Positions 50,701 through 64,000 of a stretch of 64,000 bases of DNA are shown piece after piece. This DNA comes from Octopus bimaculoides (taxonomy: Eukaryota). Below the pieces are notes generated by a model that worked only from the letters and a program-made list of their open reading frames with translations, had not been told where the DNA came from and searched no databases. The translations under genes were made by a program, and so were the position numbers. Location of the stretch: positions 37,822,965 to 37,886,964 of the forward strand of contig NC_068984.1 of NCBI RefSeq assembly GCF_001194135.2, in the 5' to 3' direction. How positions within the stretch are numbered: the stretch's first letter is position 1; each line of letters opens with the position of its first letter.

Positions 50701-53700
50701 CCTGGACAGATTCTAAAGCTGTAGCTTTATCTTAGAACAATCAACTTTGCAATCATGTACTTTCAGGTTCAGTTTCACTATGTTGCATCTTGGGCAAAAG
50801 TCTTCTACCATAGTCCTGAGCTGACAAAGATTTGTGAGTGAATTTGGTTGACACACACACACATAGGTGTGTGTAAGCATTTGAAAGAGTGTATATGCAT
50901 GTGTGTATCTTTCAATTTGAAGGACAAGGGGAAATATTACTTTGCTTGGAAAGAAGTAGAGGTTGGCAACAAGATGAGCATCCAACTGCACAACATCTGT
51001 CTCAACAAATTTTGTCTGACCCATGCAAGCATGGAAAAGTTGAGGTTAAAACAATAATGATGATAATACACTTTTAATTCTGTACAGTGAACTCAAATAG
51101 GGAAAATAATTCTATTCATCAAGCCACATCAACATATTTATAAAATTAAGTGAAATGCTGTTGTTGAGTCTTTTTGCAATAATATCAATATGTGGTTGTA
51201 ACACCAAAATACATTTTGCAAGCTATGCAATGACAACATTGCAAAATGTTTTATGAACTGCTGGCTCTGTCATAAGGTCAAAAAGAAGCCACCACAGAAC
51301 TTGCTGAAGGATGCATAGAGCTATGGTAAATAAATGAACTGTATTAAATGGAATATCACAGAATATGCTTACCAAGTGGTTCAATATATGAAAGCATTTT
51401 TAGGTTACTTGCTTTGAAAGCAAGTAAAATTACAGCAGTTTTAATGAATGTTGTGATAAGGTATGAATATTTAATTGACAATAAGTAAGTGATTTGATTA
51501 ACAGCAAATATTTTCCAAGTCACTNNNNNNNNNNNNNNNNNNNNGCCCAGTATTGTATGTATTTTGGGATCATACATAGATTCAGTTACATATGGTTAAC
51601 ATATTTGTAGTGTAAAAATTGGTAGGCAAACTGCACTTTGCAATGTTGTGATAAGGTATGAATATTTAATTGACAATAAGTAAGTGATTTGATTAACAGC
51701 AAATATTTTCCAAGTCACTTGCTGACAGTAAGTCTATATAGTGTGTGAGTGAATGTAAACATTATTTTAGTATTTCAAGCTGTTTTTTTATACTATGAGT
51801 GGTATGGGCTTCTTTTCTCCCTTATTACAGCTACCTACTTATCAGTAAAGTAGGAATGGAGCCTATTGTCAACTAGAGATATGTATGAAGTTAGTGCTAA
51901 CACACTTGATGTAGTGAGTAGGATAACATCCTTAATAAGTGTACGCTTATGTATGTCACAAACCATTCAATTCTGAAACCTGACCACACTGTTTTAAAAC
52001 AAACAAGTCAATATGAATGTAAGTACACTTTTTCAAAGGGAGATCAATGGCACTTTGAAAATAGTTATAAAAATTATTCAAAGATTTCTTTAAAAATATT
52101 ATCAAAATATATCTATTTCATAGCTGGTATTGAATATGCAAGATCTTTTCTGGAAAACTGCTAAGTATCATAGTAAGGATGCATTTTTTTAATGAAGCAA
52201 TTCTTTTTACAGCTGGATGTTCTTTGTAGTATTAACCACACAATTGTGATGTCAACACAGAACCAATTGTATGGAACCTGTTGCTATTCAGGTAAAAATG
52301 ATGCATGCATATTAGTGTAGCTACCTTGACCAGAAGCTATTGTAATGTTTGAACACAGTCATTTATGGGGCTTCACTAAAATTAAATACTGTAAGAAAAA
52401 AAATTTAAATACTAATAAAAAAAATTCCCTTACTTAGATAAATAAATATAGGATACTGACTACAAATTAGGGGGCTATTATCAACAAAATAAAATGTTGA
52501 AAAATCAATTTAAAAAAAAAGTGTATGAAATTAAAGTACTGTGTTACTGTTAACAAAGCCAGGAAATTAACTCGCAGCCATTATGCTGTATCCTCAGGTA
52601 AGGTACATTACTCTGCTTACATAAATCATGTAAATAGAAACCATGTTTATTTAGTTGAAAGAGATCTAAGTTAAGGTGGTGACTAACATTGATATACAAA
52701 TATTCAAATTTGAGAGAGAGGAAAACATTCAACCCATACTAATACAGATGCCAATCTCATGGGTAATGAAAAAGATAAGTAATATTCTATAAGCATATCA
52801 GGTGAGACTGGGAGACTGCTGATAACATCATCTTGATTCAAGAGAAGATAAATTTCAGTAATTACCTGTTGCTTTCTGGGACATATGAGCTCTGTACTAC
52901 AAGCTGGTGATAGGCTTATTGATTATAGTCTCTACTGTTTACAACAGTCAAACTGCACTTCACTTCCTTCTTGTGCCAAAGAAACCTCCATGCCAGTCAT
53001 GGGTAAACTGTGTCCCACAAGACTCTCTGAATGGCACGCTTAACAAAAAAATTGCCCTTAACCCTTTAGCATTTAAACAGGCCATACCCAGCCTGAATAT
53101 TCTACCTATTTTAAGTTCAAACCAGCTAGATCTGACCTCTCACACCTCCTCTACAATGTCATTCTAAAAGTAAACAATCACATTATTTGAAATCATGATG
53201 CTACAAATTAATACAAGATTAATTCAATGCAAGGTGAATAAATAAGCATAACATTTCATAAAATAATTGATAATGAACCATGTCTCACGTAGCATGCTTC
53301 TTGAAAAAAAAGAGCCCATGTCTGCTCTATTCAGTTACTTCAGCTGCTAGAAATAACAGCCAAATCTCCCTCAAGTCACATTGGATAATGTTGTCCTGGA
53401 TATTGAAAAAGATTAGATGATCACAGATGAAATGTCTTTGATTACATTCTGTTTGATCAGAGCTTAGTTGATTTAAACAACAGCCTAATTACAATTAGGT
53501 GGAATGAATTGGTGATGGATACAAACTGTTCACAATTTGTTAGGCAATATTGCTCCCTACCAGCTCTGCTGGTTGTAAATCCTTTTTATTATCTCATTTC
53601 CATTCTTACATCAATAGAAATACAAGTTTTGCTCTTACTAAACAGTTCTTCCCTGTTGCTATAGTTTGTACTCCATGTTTGTTGTGGTTAGTGCTGTTTT

Positions 53701-56700
53701 AAAAAGGCTTCATATGGGAGAGAAAAAAAACAGCAACCACATTGCCTTAAACATTAATGCATGCAGTGTCTTACATGGGAATAATATGTGACAGAGAAAA
53801 TTAAATCATATGATTAAGAAGTTATTCCCATAACTATTTGGACCATATTTGTCATAGATCTAAGATAATGCTTAAAATGGATTGGCTCTTGGGTATATGA
53901 ACTGAAGATCAGACATGACACATTGTATTGATAAGTAATTAATCAAAAAACAATTATAAGTCTGTATGATGACTTCTAGAAAAAGATGAAACTTATGACT
54001 GCTGGAGAGGAAGATGTATAGGAGCCATAAAGTCTACAGATACATAGGAAATAAGTTTTCTAAAATGCCTTGGAGGCTTTTGAGAGGTAGTGGATAATTT
54101 CTGCTACAAGCATCAGTGGTGCTGGTGATTTGTAAAAAGCACCTAGTATACTCTGCTATAAAACAGAATGCAAGACCTTACCTAAAATCCATCTACCAAA
54201 TTCACTCACAAGGCATTGGTATACCTAGGGCTATAGCAAAAGACACTTTTGTGTGTGTGTGTGTATCATTATCATCCAGTTTCTAGACATGAGTAGTCCT
54301 GAGACCAAGGCATCTGCCAGGAAAGCAGGGATGCTACTCCCCAAGTATATATATAATACATGATGGGATTTTTTTTCAGTTTCTGTCTATCAAATCCACT
54401 CAAAAGGCTTTGGTTGGCCCAGAGCTATAGCGAAGACATTGCCCAAGGTACCACGCAGTGGAACTGAACCTGAGATCACACAGTTGTGAAGCAAGCTTCT
54501 CAAACTAAACAACGATGCAAATCAAAAGAATGTGTTCACCTTTGATGTTAACTGAGATTGGCATAATCCAGAATAATGTCTAGTCCTCTGAGTTGCAATA
54601 TAAAAGTTTCACATTATTTTATATCTGCTTTCCAGGCTAACATGGCTTGGATGAGTCACTATAATCCAAATCAGTTCTTATTGAGAGTTACTGCCCCTCT
54701 AAATAGGTTGGAGAACTATGCCTCATCTTTGGCATGATTTCTATTGCTGGATGCACTTGCTATCATCAACCACTTTACAGAGTGTGCTGGGTGCATTTTA
54801 TTGTGGGACCATCACTAGAAAGTGTCATATTCTCAACAAGACTAAGGGATCCTCTTGCTCCTATGTTGTTTCCACTCAACTGTCAACTACTTTATACCAT
54901 GAACAAATGAAGTTATCTTGTACCTTATAATATTAAAGAATCCTTAGTAGTCTAAGATGTGCTGAAGGCAACACGACTAATGTGAATAGAAGACACAGCC
55001 AAAACAGAAGAACCAGCAAGAGTGAATGAAAGGAGTAAGGGTATGCCCAGAATAGAGTGATGGATATAACAGAGGTGAACAATAGTAAGAGTGAGAAATG
55101 GATGTCAATAACAAGTGATAGAAAGAAGACAAAGTGATAACCGGCAGTACAGAATTTACAATAGCATATTGAGAACAAACAGATCCAATACTATTCTTAT
55201 ATATAGACCTCATGATGAGTGAGAATAACAATGGTTAAGAGAGGAGACTGAATATAAGTAAGTCCAATAGCATCCTTCATCACATGGGTGGTATGGTACA
55301 GTGATGAAAGGAAAAGTGAGTATTAGAAAAATGAGTGTCTGATAAGCACAATAATAACTGGGTTACACAGGGAGCATTGTAGAGGGAGTAGAAAAGATCC
55401 ACTGCAATTCTTAGTTACACCAGTAGCATAATATAGTGAACAGGAGAGAGGGTGAGTGATAGAGATGAGAGAATATCAAAGAGGCAGGATAGAAAGTAGA
55501 TGTAGATTTGACAGAAAATATATATTGTGTCCCAGCATTAATCACTACTACCATTTTTCAACACCTTATTCATCATGCTTGCACAAGTGGTTGGGTCTCC
55601 TCCAGTACTGTATGTTGTCAAACATGGGCTTTTGTCATCCTCTCTGTGTGATACACATTTCAAGACTACTTAGTCTCAGGTGTTTCTCAGCTTTTCCCTT
55701 CCCCAGGGTCCACTGTGTGTGGTACTTTTTTTAAACAACTGTCACCCTCCATCACAAGTCTGTATCAGTGACATCTCACTTACACACTAAATATGATTAC
55801 TTTTATTCCAGTTTTTCACTTCATTTGTATACTGCCATACATGCACTCTCACTTTAGTCATTCAATAGAGCATGCTTGCTTCATTTCTCTTTAGTCTTTA
55901 CAAATCAGCTATACTCAAGGTTCGTATCTTGCTACCATGCAGTATCACACTTTGCATACAAGCATCATACAATCTGCCCTTCACTCTGAGCTAGAAACCC
56001 TTTGTTAGTAGCAAAGGTAACTCCTTGAACTTTTTGAACCTGTTCTTCCTCTGGCTTCTATGCTTTCAAAACATACCTCTAACTACAAATTGGGTCACCT
56101 AAGTAATGAAAGCTATAAACTATTGTCCTCTGAATATTTAAGAAAATTTATTCTGTGTGCACCTGGTACATACTGCTCCAGTACACCTGCTGCATATGAG
56201 GTCTGCCTACTCTGTAAGTCTGACATTTTGTGCATCATTTATACTGTGTACATCATATGAAATTCTTGCCTACACCTTTTATGGGCATTGAACATGACAA
56301 ATTCCCTGACAGGAAATGGTCATGCATAATGCAGGGTCCTGTCTTCTTGGTATTTACTAATATTTCAGTCATCGCTGAATTTACACTATGTATCACCTCA
56401 CATATTCTTACCACCTCCAGAGTTCCTCGAGGGCATGTCTCGACACATCTTTGCCATCATCATCATCATCTCTCTCTCTAACTATTGCTTTCTTTATCTT
56501 ACTCTCTAACTCACTCTTCTTTCTTTCCCAACAGGAGTATTCATGTATCTACATTACAAGACACTTATGTCTGTCCACCTTCATCTGTAATCTCTCAAAT
56601 TGCACAAAACCACACCCACTTCTTGTTGAGGGGTTTTTGTCTTGCAAGGTATTTGGTGACCCTGTCAGTGCTGGTGCTACATAGACAGCACCTAATAAAC

Positions 56701-57499
56701 TCTGTAAAGTGGTTGGCATTAGGAAGGGTATCCAACTGTAGAAAGAATGTCAAAATACATTGGAACCTGGTGCAGCTCCTAACCTTGCCAGCTCCTGTCA
56801 AACAGCCCAACTCATGTCAGCATGGAAAATAGATATTAAATGATGATAATGACTATTGTTTCCATAACCTAGTCTGACAATTTCATAATGAATCACTTTT
56901 GCCCTTATAGCAGACTAACTTAAAAGCTGTACCAGGTGCAAACTTTTACGCTAACTCCTGCGGAGAGCTAATTGGGCCTGTGGCCTAAAACTAAAGAAAG
57001 CTTTCTTAATTCATATTATGACCTCTCCTTACTTCCCACTGCTCAAAGCATTTCATAGTTGGCCTCGACAGACTTCAACCACATCCCTGCTGTATTTTGG
57101 GGATATTCTATTGTTTGTAAAATTACTTCTCATCTGATGATTACAGTCTTTTATAATGGAGTAATGTTCTCATTCTTCTATTAAAAAGTTACGTAAGAAA
57201 CATCTGTAATGAGCTGACAATTATCCATCATGTTATTATTCATTTGATACACCAAGTGAATTTACGATTTGTTGAACACTCTAGAGCACACCAACAACAT
57301 ATTATTCAAAGTAATGCGTGATTTGGACCAGCCCCTAGGTGCTAAATACTCATAGGGTTGGTTTTCTCTGTGTACACAAATGAAATATCCTATTTGATAT
57401 CAACCATAGGCCAGAATCACAGAGATTATCCAACCCTACCTGGTGCATATCTTTTTAAGTACTTGATTCCATTTGAATCCTTATTTTACTATATATATA

Positions 57500-57729
57500 T
57501 ATCATCATCATCATCATCGTTTAACGTCCGCTTTCCATGCTAGCATGGGTTGGATGATTTGATTGAGGACTGGTGAACCAGATGGCTACACCAGGCTCCA
57601 ATTTGATTTGGCAGAGTTTCTACAGCTGAATACCCTTCCTAATGCCAACCACTCCGAGAGTGTAGTGGGTGCTTTTACTTGCCACTGGCATGAAGGCCAG
57701 TCAGGCGGTACTGGCAACGGCCACACTGG

Positions 57730-57730
<1 letters not shown>
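57500..57730 (-). mobile_element. RTE 3'-end fragment with (CAT)n
   Basis: catcatcgtttaacgtccgctttccatgctagcatggg..., same family as 48190-48283, 40520, 42290 and 63730. Confidence 0.85.
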
Positions 57731-57769
<39 letters not shown>

Positions 57770-58890
57770 TACATATACCTACGTATCATCAATCACATAG
57801 TACAATGCTGGTGATGTGATTAAGGATGGCAGGGGATTTCTCTTCTGTTGACTACACATTACATTCTTTATCTCTCAATCACTCCCTCCATTTTTCAATT
57901 CTAACTGTACTATGCTCCCACTGTGACTGAGGATGGCAGTGGATCCCTTCTGATCACCACATATTACTGCCAGTCACTGTAACTAAAAATTTCACATCTA
58001 TTCTCTCCATCAACACTCCATTGTGCTGCTCACCTGTAAATGACCTACCTGCTTTCTATTTGCCATGCCACCACCCTCTTCAATCAACTTCTCTGGCCTA
58101 TCTCATCTATGAATAGCTAGCTATATTGGATCACTTGTGTCTAGTTCACTCTACCCTCCTCTTTTGTACTGCCTGTCATCATTCCATGTCAGTCTGTCTG
58201 CTGGCATACTCACATTTCTATTTTTTCAGACATCCTGAGTCTCTGTCATCACTCTATTGTCTGAGTCACAAACCTCTGACATCTCCCTGTCATCTTAGTC
58301 ATGTTGCCTTGTAAATATATACCTATGTCAAAATACCAAGTACTTGTCATTTATTTCCCCATGACCATCATATATATATCTTCTTTTATATGTTTCAGCC
58401 CTGAGGCTGTGGCCATGCTGGGGTACATATATATATCATTTTGTGCCTGCGATTCTTCGACTAAAACCCATTAAGGTGGTGCTCCAGCATGGCCACAATC
58501 AAATGACTGAAACAAGTAAAAGAATAAAAGAATATATATATTTATATATCTGCCCTCTCCACCCATTGCTTGACAACAGGTATTGGTTTGTTTACATCCC
58601 TTTAACTTAGTAGTTCAGCAAAAGAGAATGATAGAATAAGTACCAGGCATAAAAAAAAAGTACTGTGGCCGATTTGTTTGATTGAACCCTACAAAGTGAT
58701 GTCCCAGCATGGTTGCAGTCCAATCACTGGAACAGGTAAAAGACAAGATGTATGTGTGTGTGTGTGTATGTGTGTGTGTGTGTGTGTATCCAAATATATA
58801 GCACACAAACATGAAGTATACCAACTGAAAAGATAATGTTTACTGTGAGAGATAGAGAGAGAGAGAGAAGTAAAAAGGAATATTTCTTAC

Positions 58891-59026
58891 TTTTCGGCCC
58901 CAATTCAAAAGATCATCTAATCTAGCAAGGACATAGTCAACTTTATCAACTGGGTTCTGAAAAGGAGATACAGTCTGACGTTTTGCTGGTGCTGGAACGG
59001 TACTTTGCTGGCAAGAAGGCACCAAA
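58891..59026 (-). CDS. NDUFS7: NDUFS7 coding exon (136 nt, phase-2 start)
   Basis: tctcttacag|T TTG GTG ... CGA AAA|gtaaga; LVPSCQQSTVPAPAKRQTVSPFQNPVDKVDYVLARLDDLLNWGRK, with the PSST YV.A.LDDL.NW.R motif. Phase 0 into the next exon. Confidence 0.93.
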
Positions 59027-60429
59027 CTGTAAGAGATAAATATACAAAAAATAAATAAAAATTATTTTCTATAGGAAATAAATTAATGACAATGCCTAAT
59101 TCAAATAAATAGTCTAAGGATCTAAATTTGAATCAAGTAATTCACACAAACAACAATTAATGAATGCCAATCAATTTGCATTCAATAATCTGGGTGCATT
59201 TTATGTGACACTGATACTAAAGTGGTTACACCTCCCACCACCACAAGACTAAAGAGTGCTCTCTACTTTGACAAAATGGAAGAATCTTCTCTTTGCTGCA
59301 TTTTTTCCATTTGTTTGTTTCTTTCCTTCTAAACTGGCTGAATAGAGAGGGACATTCAATCACATCACAGGTAGCAGAGACCCTTCTACCCCGTTCAGCT
59401 TGGTTTTAACACTCCTTTCTAACAGAATAATAAGTGGTTTAATGTTGGGATGGGGCTATTTAGCTATCTGGAGGTTAATACTACGAGATATAATGGTTGG
59501 TTTTCTTCTAAAGGAACAGCATGCTTTCATAGAGAGATAGGCCAACTATCATGGGTCATATCAGCAAACAGCTGATGTCTCAATGGTACAATGTGGAATA
59601 CTAGGAACTTTCAATAGTTAGCCTAGTATCCCCTCTTTTGGAGGTGGGGGCTTGCTTCAATATAATAGATTTTCAGTACATCATTATCATTTAATGCTTG
59701 TTTTCTATGCTGGCATCAGTTAGATGGTTTGACAGATGGTGAACCAGATGACTGCACTAAGCTCTACTGTTTGCTCTAGCATGATTTCTATAGCTGTCCT
59801 TTCTCATCTATTTTTCTATGTTGGCACCAGTTAACAAGTCTACAGCACTATATATTGCCACTTCTTTTGATCATTTCATCCATGAGGGCAAATATTTTGA
59901 TACATGATTCACAACTCTGAACTAAAACCAGCTCATTTATTAAGATAATCAAAAATTCACTGTCTAGATTATTTTAATTATCTTAAGATCATTATAACTG
60001 TTTTTTAAAACTTGGTTTTAGAGGTCTGCTCTATGGCATCTTCCAATGCATTTCATCTTATTCATATGGCCAATCTTTTTGGATCTGATTTCATCACTCC
60101 TCCCAGTTTTTCATCTACTACAGGTAGTTTTCACCATCAAATATAAACTGATTTGCTTATCTAAACTGACACACTTATCTCTCCTACATATACACCACAT
60201 AATCAACACAATTAAGGTCTTCTAAAGGAAATTACAAAACACTGTAATAAAACACTACAGTATTTTCAGTTGCACTCTATTAGATCAAATTTATCTGAGT
60301 CTGAGTAAATCTAAACTCAATCATTGATAACACAGTATTTAGTTTCCTTTCTCTAGAGTAGGATCATAACAGCAGGACAGATATGTTGGGTACAAAGACC
60401 ACTACATGCAGCCCATAATGAATTTAGAA

Positions 60430-60633
60430 GGTGGTGAGCTGGCAGAAATGTTAGCATGCCGGGGAAAATGCTTAGTGGTATTTCGTCTATCTTTATATCA
60501 AATTCTGCCACGGTCAACTTTGCCTTTCATCCTTTCAGGGTTGATAAATTAAGTACCAGTTGCGTAAAGGAGTCGATCTAATCAACTGACCACCTCCCCA
60601 AAAATTTCGGGCCTTGTGCCTAGAGTAGAAAAG
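60430..60633 (+). mobile_element. Full-length family-A SINE with a 13-bp TSD
   Basis: TSD aatgaatttagaa (60417-60429 and 60634-60646); head CpGs decayed. Confidence 0.88.
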
Positions 60634-61859
60634 AATGAATTTAGAAATTATATTTGTTTATAAGAAAACTAATGGATAATACATTGAAACTGAAGTGGGG
60701 GATGTAAGATTTATATGAGTGCAGAATCAAAATTCCTTTTTCATCTATCCATAATGCCCAAGTTATCTAACAATCTACTGAGGCAAACAGTTGATTTGCT
60801 TCCATGTGTAATATGGCTGTTGACACTTTCTAATGTGTGCAAACCTGTGCTAAAGTTTACACTTATAAACATGATATACATTCATACAGCAACAATCTTA
60901 ATGAAAATAATCAGTATTTGATGTAATGAATCTAGTTACTTTGATGCTTGCCTTTTATTGCATCTTCTATTTACCTGAATTTTCATGGTGCAAATAAGAA
61001 GTGACTTGCCTATGCTATTTTTAAGAACTTTCGTTGATTGGTTCCTTTCCACAAATGACAGCCTAATTTTTTAGCTTTCTCATATTTAGATTGGTAAGTG
61101 AAGAAATATTGTGCTCTGAAATAATGTTCATGGAATCCTACAGTATTCCATAAATAAATATTCCTGAACACAGGGACATAAATCCCACCAAAATTGTGAT
61201 GAAGTAAGACCTGTCTTTAGACAAAGTAAATAAACTTTAGGTTTTTAGCCATTTTTAAGAAAATTCAGATGACTCAGCAAAAGTCACTATCCTGAATGTC
61301 AGCTTCCAAAATTTATCTGCAATTGGATATATCCAGTTTAAAGCCATTCACCATTCCATTAAAGAAGATAGTATTTTTGCAGTGGTTTCCAAAGTGAGAG
61401 ATATCTCTAAGACTTTGACTATCTTTGATTGGTTATCACAACTGGAACACCAGTTTAAACACAGTCTGATAACCAGTAAAGTGAAGGCTTCTGAAGAACA
61501 ATCAACATTTCATAACTGGAACAATGGAAATGATGAATTATTAATATCAATGATAGCACATGACAAACAACTTGAATCTTCTAATGGTAATACAACATTC
61601 TAACAACAAAGTAGACATGACCCAAAACACAACAGAATTTGTAATGGAGGTTTATTTGCAGGCTGTCAAGCACTTAAAAATATTTACCTTTTAGTGACTG
61701 AGACTACTGGAGGTGGTGAAATCAGAGGACAAAACAAATAGAGTGACAGTATCATTGCTAACACAATGATGTTTTACATTCATTTTTCCTATGTGACCAT
61801 GAGTTGGTGATGTTTACAATACATCAGTCTTTCGTGTGAGATTAATTAAGGAATAAGGG

Positions 61860-62185
61860 TAAAGATCCCCTTCAGTCATGAATGACTATGGGATTGAATC
61901 TAGAAAGTACCCCTGCAAGGCACAAGTCCAAGCAAGATTGCTTATGGAAGACCAGCAGTTGCCCATGCATACTAGCCTCCCCTCTTCACGCCACTGATGT
62001 TATCCAAGAGAAAGGCAAAGGCTGATACAGCTTGGCAATTGTGATGTCACAACTCATTTCTATAGCTGAGTGAACTGGAGCAACATGAAATAAAGTGTCT
62101 TGCTCAAGAACACAACACACAACCCGGTCCAGGAATCAAACTCAATACCTCATGATTGTGAGTCTGACACACTAACCACGGAGTT
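61860..62185 (-). mobile_element. Older tRNA-headed SINE
   Basis: Minus-strand head ctccgtggttagtgtg...gagtttgattcctggacc, then gctccagttcactcagct central domain. Confidence 0.6.
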
Positions 62186-62714
62186 AAAATATAATAAAAT
62201 TGGTAAGTTAAAGGAACAGTAATTTAGTATTTAAACAATCAGAATCATGATACTTAATCATAACTGAATCTGATTATTTATTTTGTTGCATCCATGAATT
62301 GATTCAACAATTATAAGCAAAAGTGGTTGTAATAAGTTTCATATTCCAAAATGAAACATTTTGTAGATTTATTTAATCAATTCTAATTTAAAAATTGAAT
62401 TAAAAATAGGAAAACCTGATAGAAAATAAAAAAATTTAAAAAAAAACAAAACAGAATTTCTATATAAATATTGGTTTCAAATTTTGGCACAAGGCCAGTA
62501 ATTTCAGGGAAGTGGGTTCGTCAATTAACTCTAGTGTTCAACTGGTACTTATTTTATCGACCAACGAAGGACGAGAAGCAAAGTTGACTCAAAGCATAAA
62601 GATGGACAAAATGCCACTAAGCATTTTGCTCAGCATGCTAATGATTCTGCCAGTTTGCTGCCTTAATTTCAATATAAATACTGAAAATACTCCAACAAAT
62701 GTTAAAAAAGTTAC

Positions 62715-62832
62715 CTTAAATTATCTTTTTTGTGTTCTTCAGTCTTTTGCATTAAAGGTCTACACTGACTAAGCAGTGGTGACCTTCTTGTTGATAATGC
62801 AAGGCGGTTAAAACACCCACCTAGTTTCAAAA
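62715..62832 (-). CDS. NDUFS7: Probable NDUFS7 upstream exon encoding the mitochondrial presequence region (118 nt, or 106 nt from the alternative acceptor at 62820)
   Basis: Long pyrimidine tract ttttttttcttctttctctttttag, open frame LKLGGCFNRLALSTRRSPLLSQCRPLMQKTEEHKKDNL(S), donor TTA AG|gtaact. Phase 2 joins the T starting the 59026 exon (AGT=Ser). The first part is R/L/S-rich and acid-free, as expected of a presequence. Confidence 0.8.
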
Positions 62833-63729
62833 CTAAAAAGAGAAAGAAGAAAAAAAACCATGAAAATTACAGCAAAAAAAAACTCTGCATATTCATCATA
62901 ATCATTGTTGTAACAACTACTTTTCAGTGTTTACATGAATCAGACGAAATTGATTGAGGCAAATTTTCTATTACTGGATGCCCTTCCTGTAGCCAACTCT
63001 TACCAGTTTCCAAGTAAGGTAATATCTTCATATAGTCTGACAAGTTTTTTTTTTTACAGTAACTGGAAATGAACAACATTATTTGTATGATGGTGATGCT
63101 TGTTTACAACCATCATGTGGTGTCTACTCAAGGGAACACACCCCTTTACATATACACATACATATATATATATATATATTTACACAAAAGGCTTCTTTCA
63201 GTTTCCATTTACCAAATCCACTCACAAAGCTTTGGTCAACCCAAGGTTATTAGAAATACTTTTCCAAGGTGCCATGCAGTGAGACTGGACCCAAGTTTCT
63301 CAACCACATAGCCATGCTTACGCCCATATAATTTTTAATGTAAGAGTTACACAAGTTTGCAATTGAGTACATTTTTAATTGTCCCTGATTTCACGATTTA
63401 GTATCATGTGGTCAGCCTCTACTTCTGCTACACCCCTAACCTACCACCTTATGACACATTTTCACTCAATGTTCATCATCCATAACATTACTAAATAACT
63501 ACTGGCATAGTCACTTTCCCACATGACTTGATATTCAGCTATTCTTTTTCCAATAATCTTCCAAAGTTTCTTGTAAATTGACAGTGGACATACAATTGCA
63601 TATACTCAGCTCATTTCTCACTCCTCCTAATCTCAACATATATATTTCTGTTACACAGTATCAAACTCATTGAGCAAGTTTCATACCATCTAGCTTTTGT
63701 GTTTGTAAAGTATCTACATGTGTGTGTAT

Positions 63730-64000
63730 ATCATCATCATCATCATCATCATCGTTTAACGTCCGCTTTCCATGCTAGCATGGGTTGGACGATTTGACTG
63801 AGGACTGGTGAAACCGGATGGCAACACCAGGCTCCAATCTAATTTGGCAGAGTTTCTACAGCTGGATGCCCTTCCTAACGCCAACCACTCAGAGAGTGTA
63901 GTGGGTGCTTTTACGTGTCACCCGCACGAAGGCCAGTCAGGCGGTACTGGCAACGGCCACGCTCGAAATGGTGTCTTTTATGTGCCACCCGCACAAAAGC
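63730..64000 (-). mobile_element. Young RTE 3' end running off the window
   Basis: (CAT)n followed by sequence identical, as reverse complement, to 48190-48263; CpGs retained. Confidence 0.88.

Noticed and set aside
52120-52291. Two plus-strand AG...GT segments in an NDUFS7 intron
   Set aside because: No recognisable protein and no consistent chain with other segments.
62750-62752. In-frame ATG (MQKTEE) as the NDUFS7 start
   Set aside because: It would remove the basic presequence-like segment, and a strong acceptor upstream indicates an internal exon.

Overview
AT-rich, repeat-dense animal DNA from a gapped draft assembly (many N runs). The repeat families and microsatellite load look like an Octopus/cephalopod genome; this is an inference. 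The one confidently identified gene is NDUFS7 (complex I PSST subunit) on the minus strand. Five coding exons chain in phase: 62715-62832, 58891-59026, 48674-48853, 45524-45659 and 35587-35684. The 62.7 kb presequence-like exon and the terminal exon are missing from the ORF track, and the ATG exon was not found (probably beyond 64 kb). A CpG-rich island at about 25.6-26.05 kb holds two divergent ATG-plus-donor candidates, suggesting unannotated genes. The rest is transposon-derived: tRNA-headed SINEs, RTE, CR1-like and RLE LINE pieces, Penelope-like elements with minimal hammerhead ribozymes, a Gypsy/DIRS-like pol fragment, a probable solo LTR, and hAT, piggyBac, Tc1 and Merlin-like MITEs. Most unusual: (1) an ORF1-only retroelement that shares its 3' tail with a SINE subtype, both inserted into the head of that SINE family; (2) a Pol III tRNA-like head directly upstream of a hammerhead in a Penelope tail, plus fold-back copies pivoting next to the predicted cleavage site.
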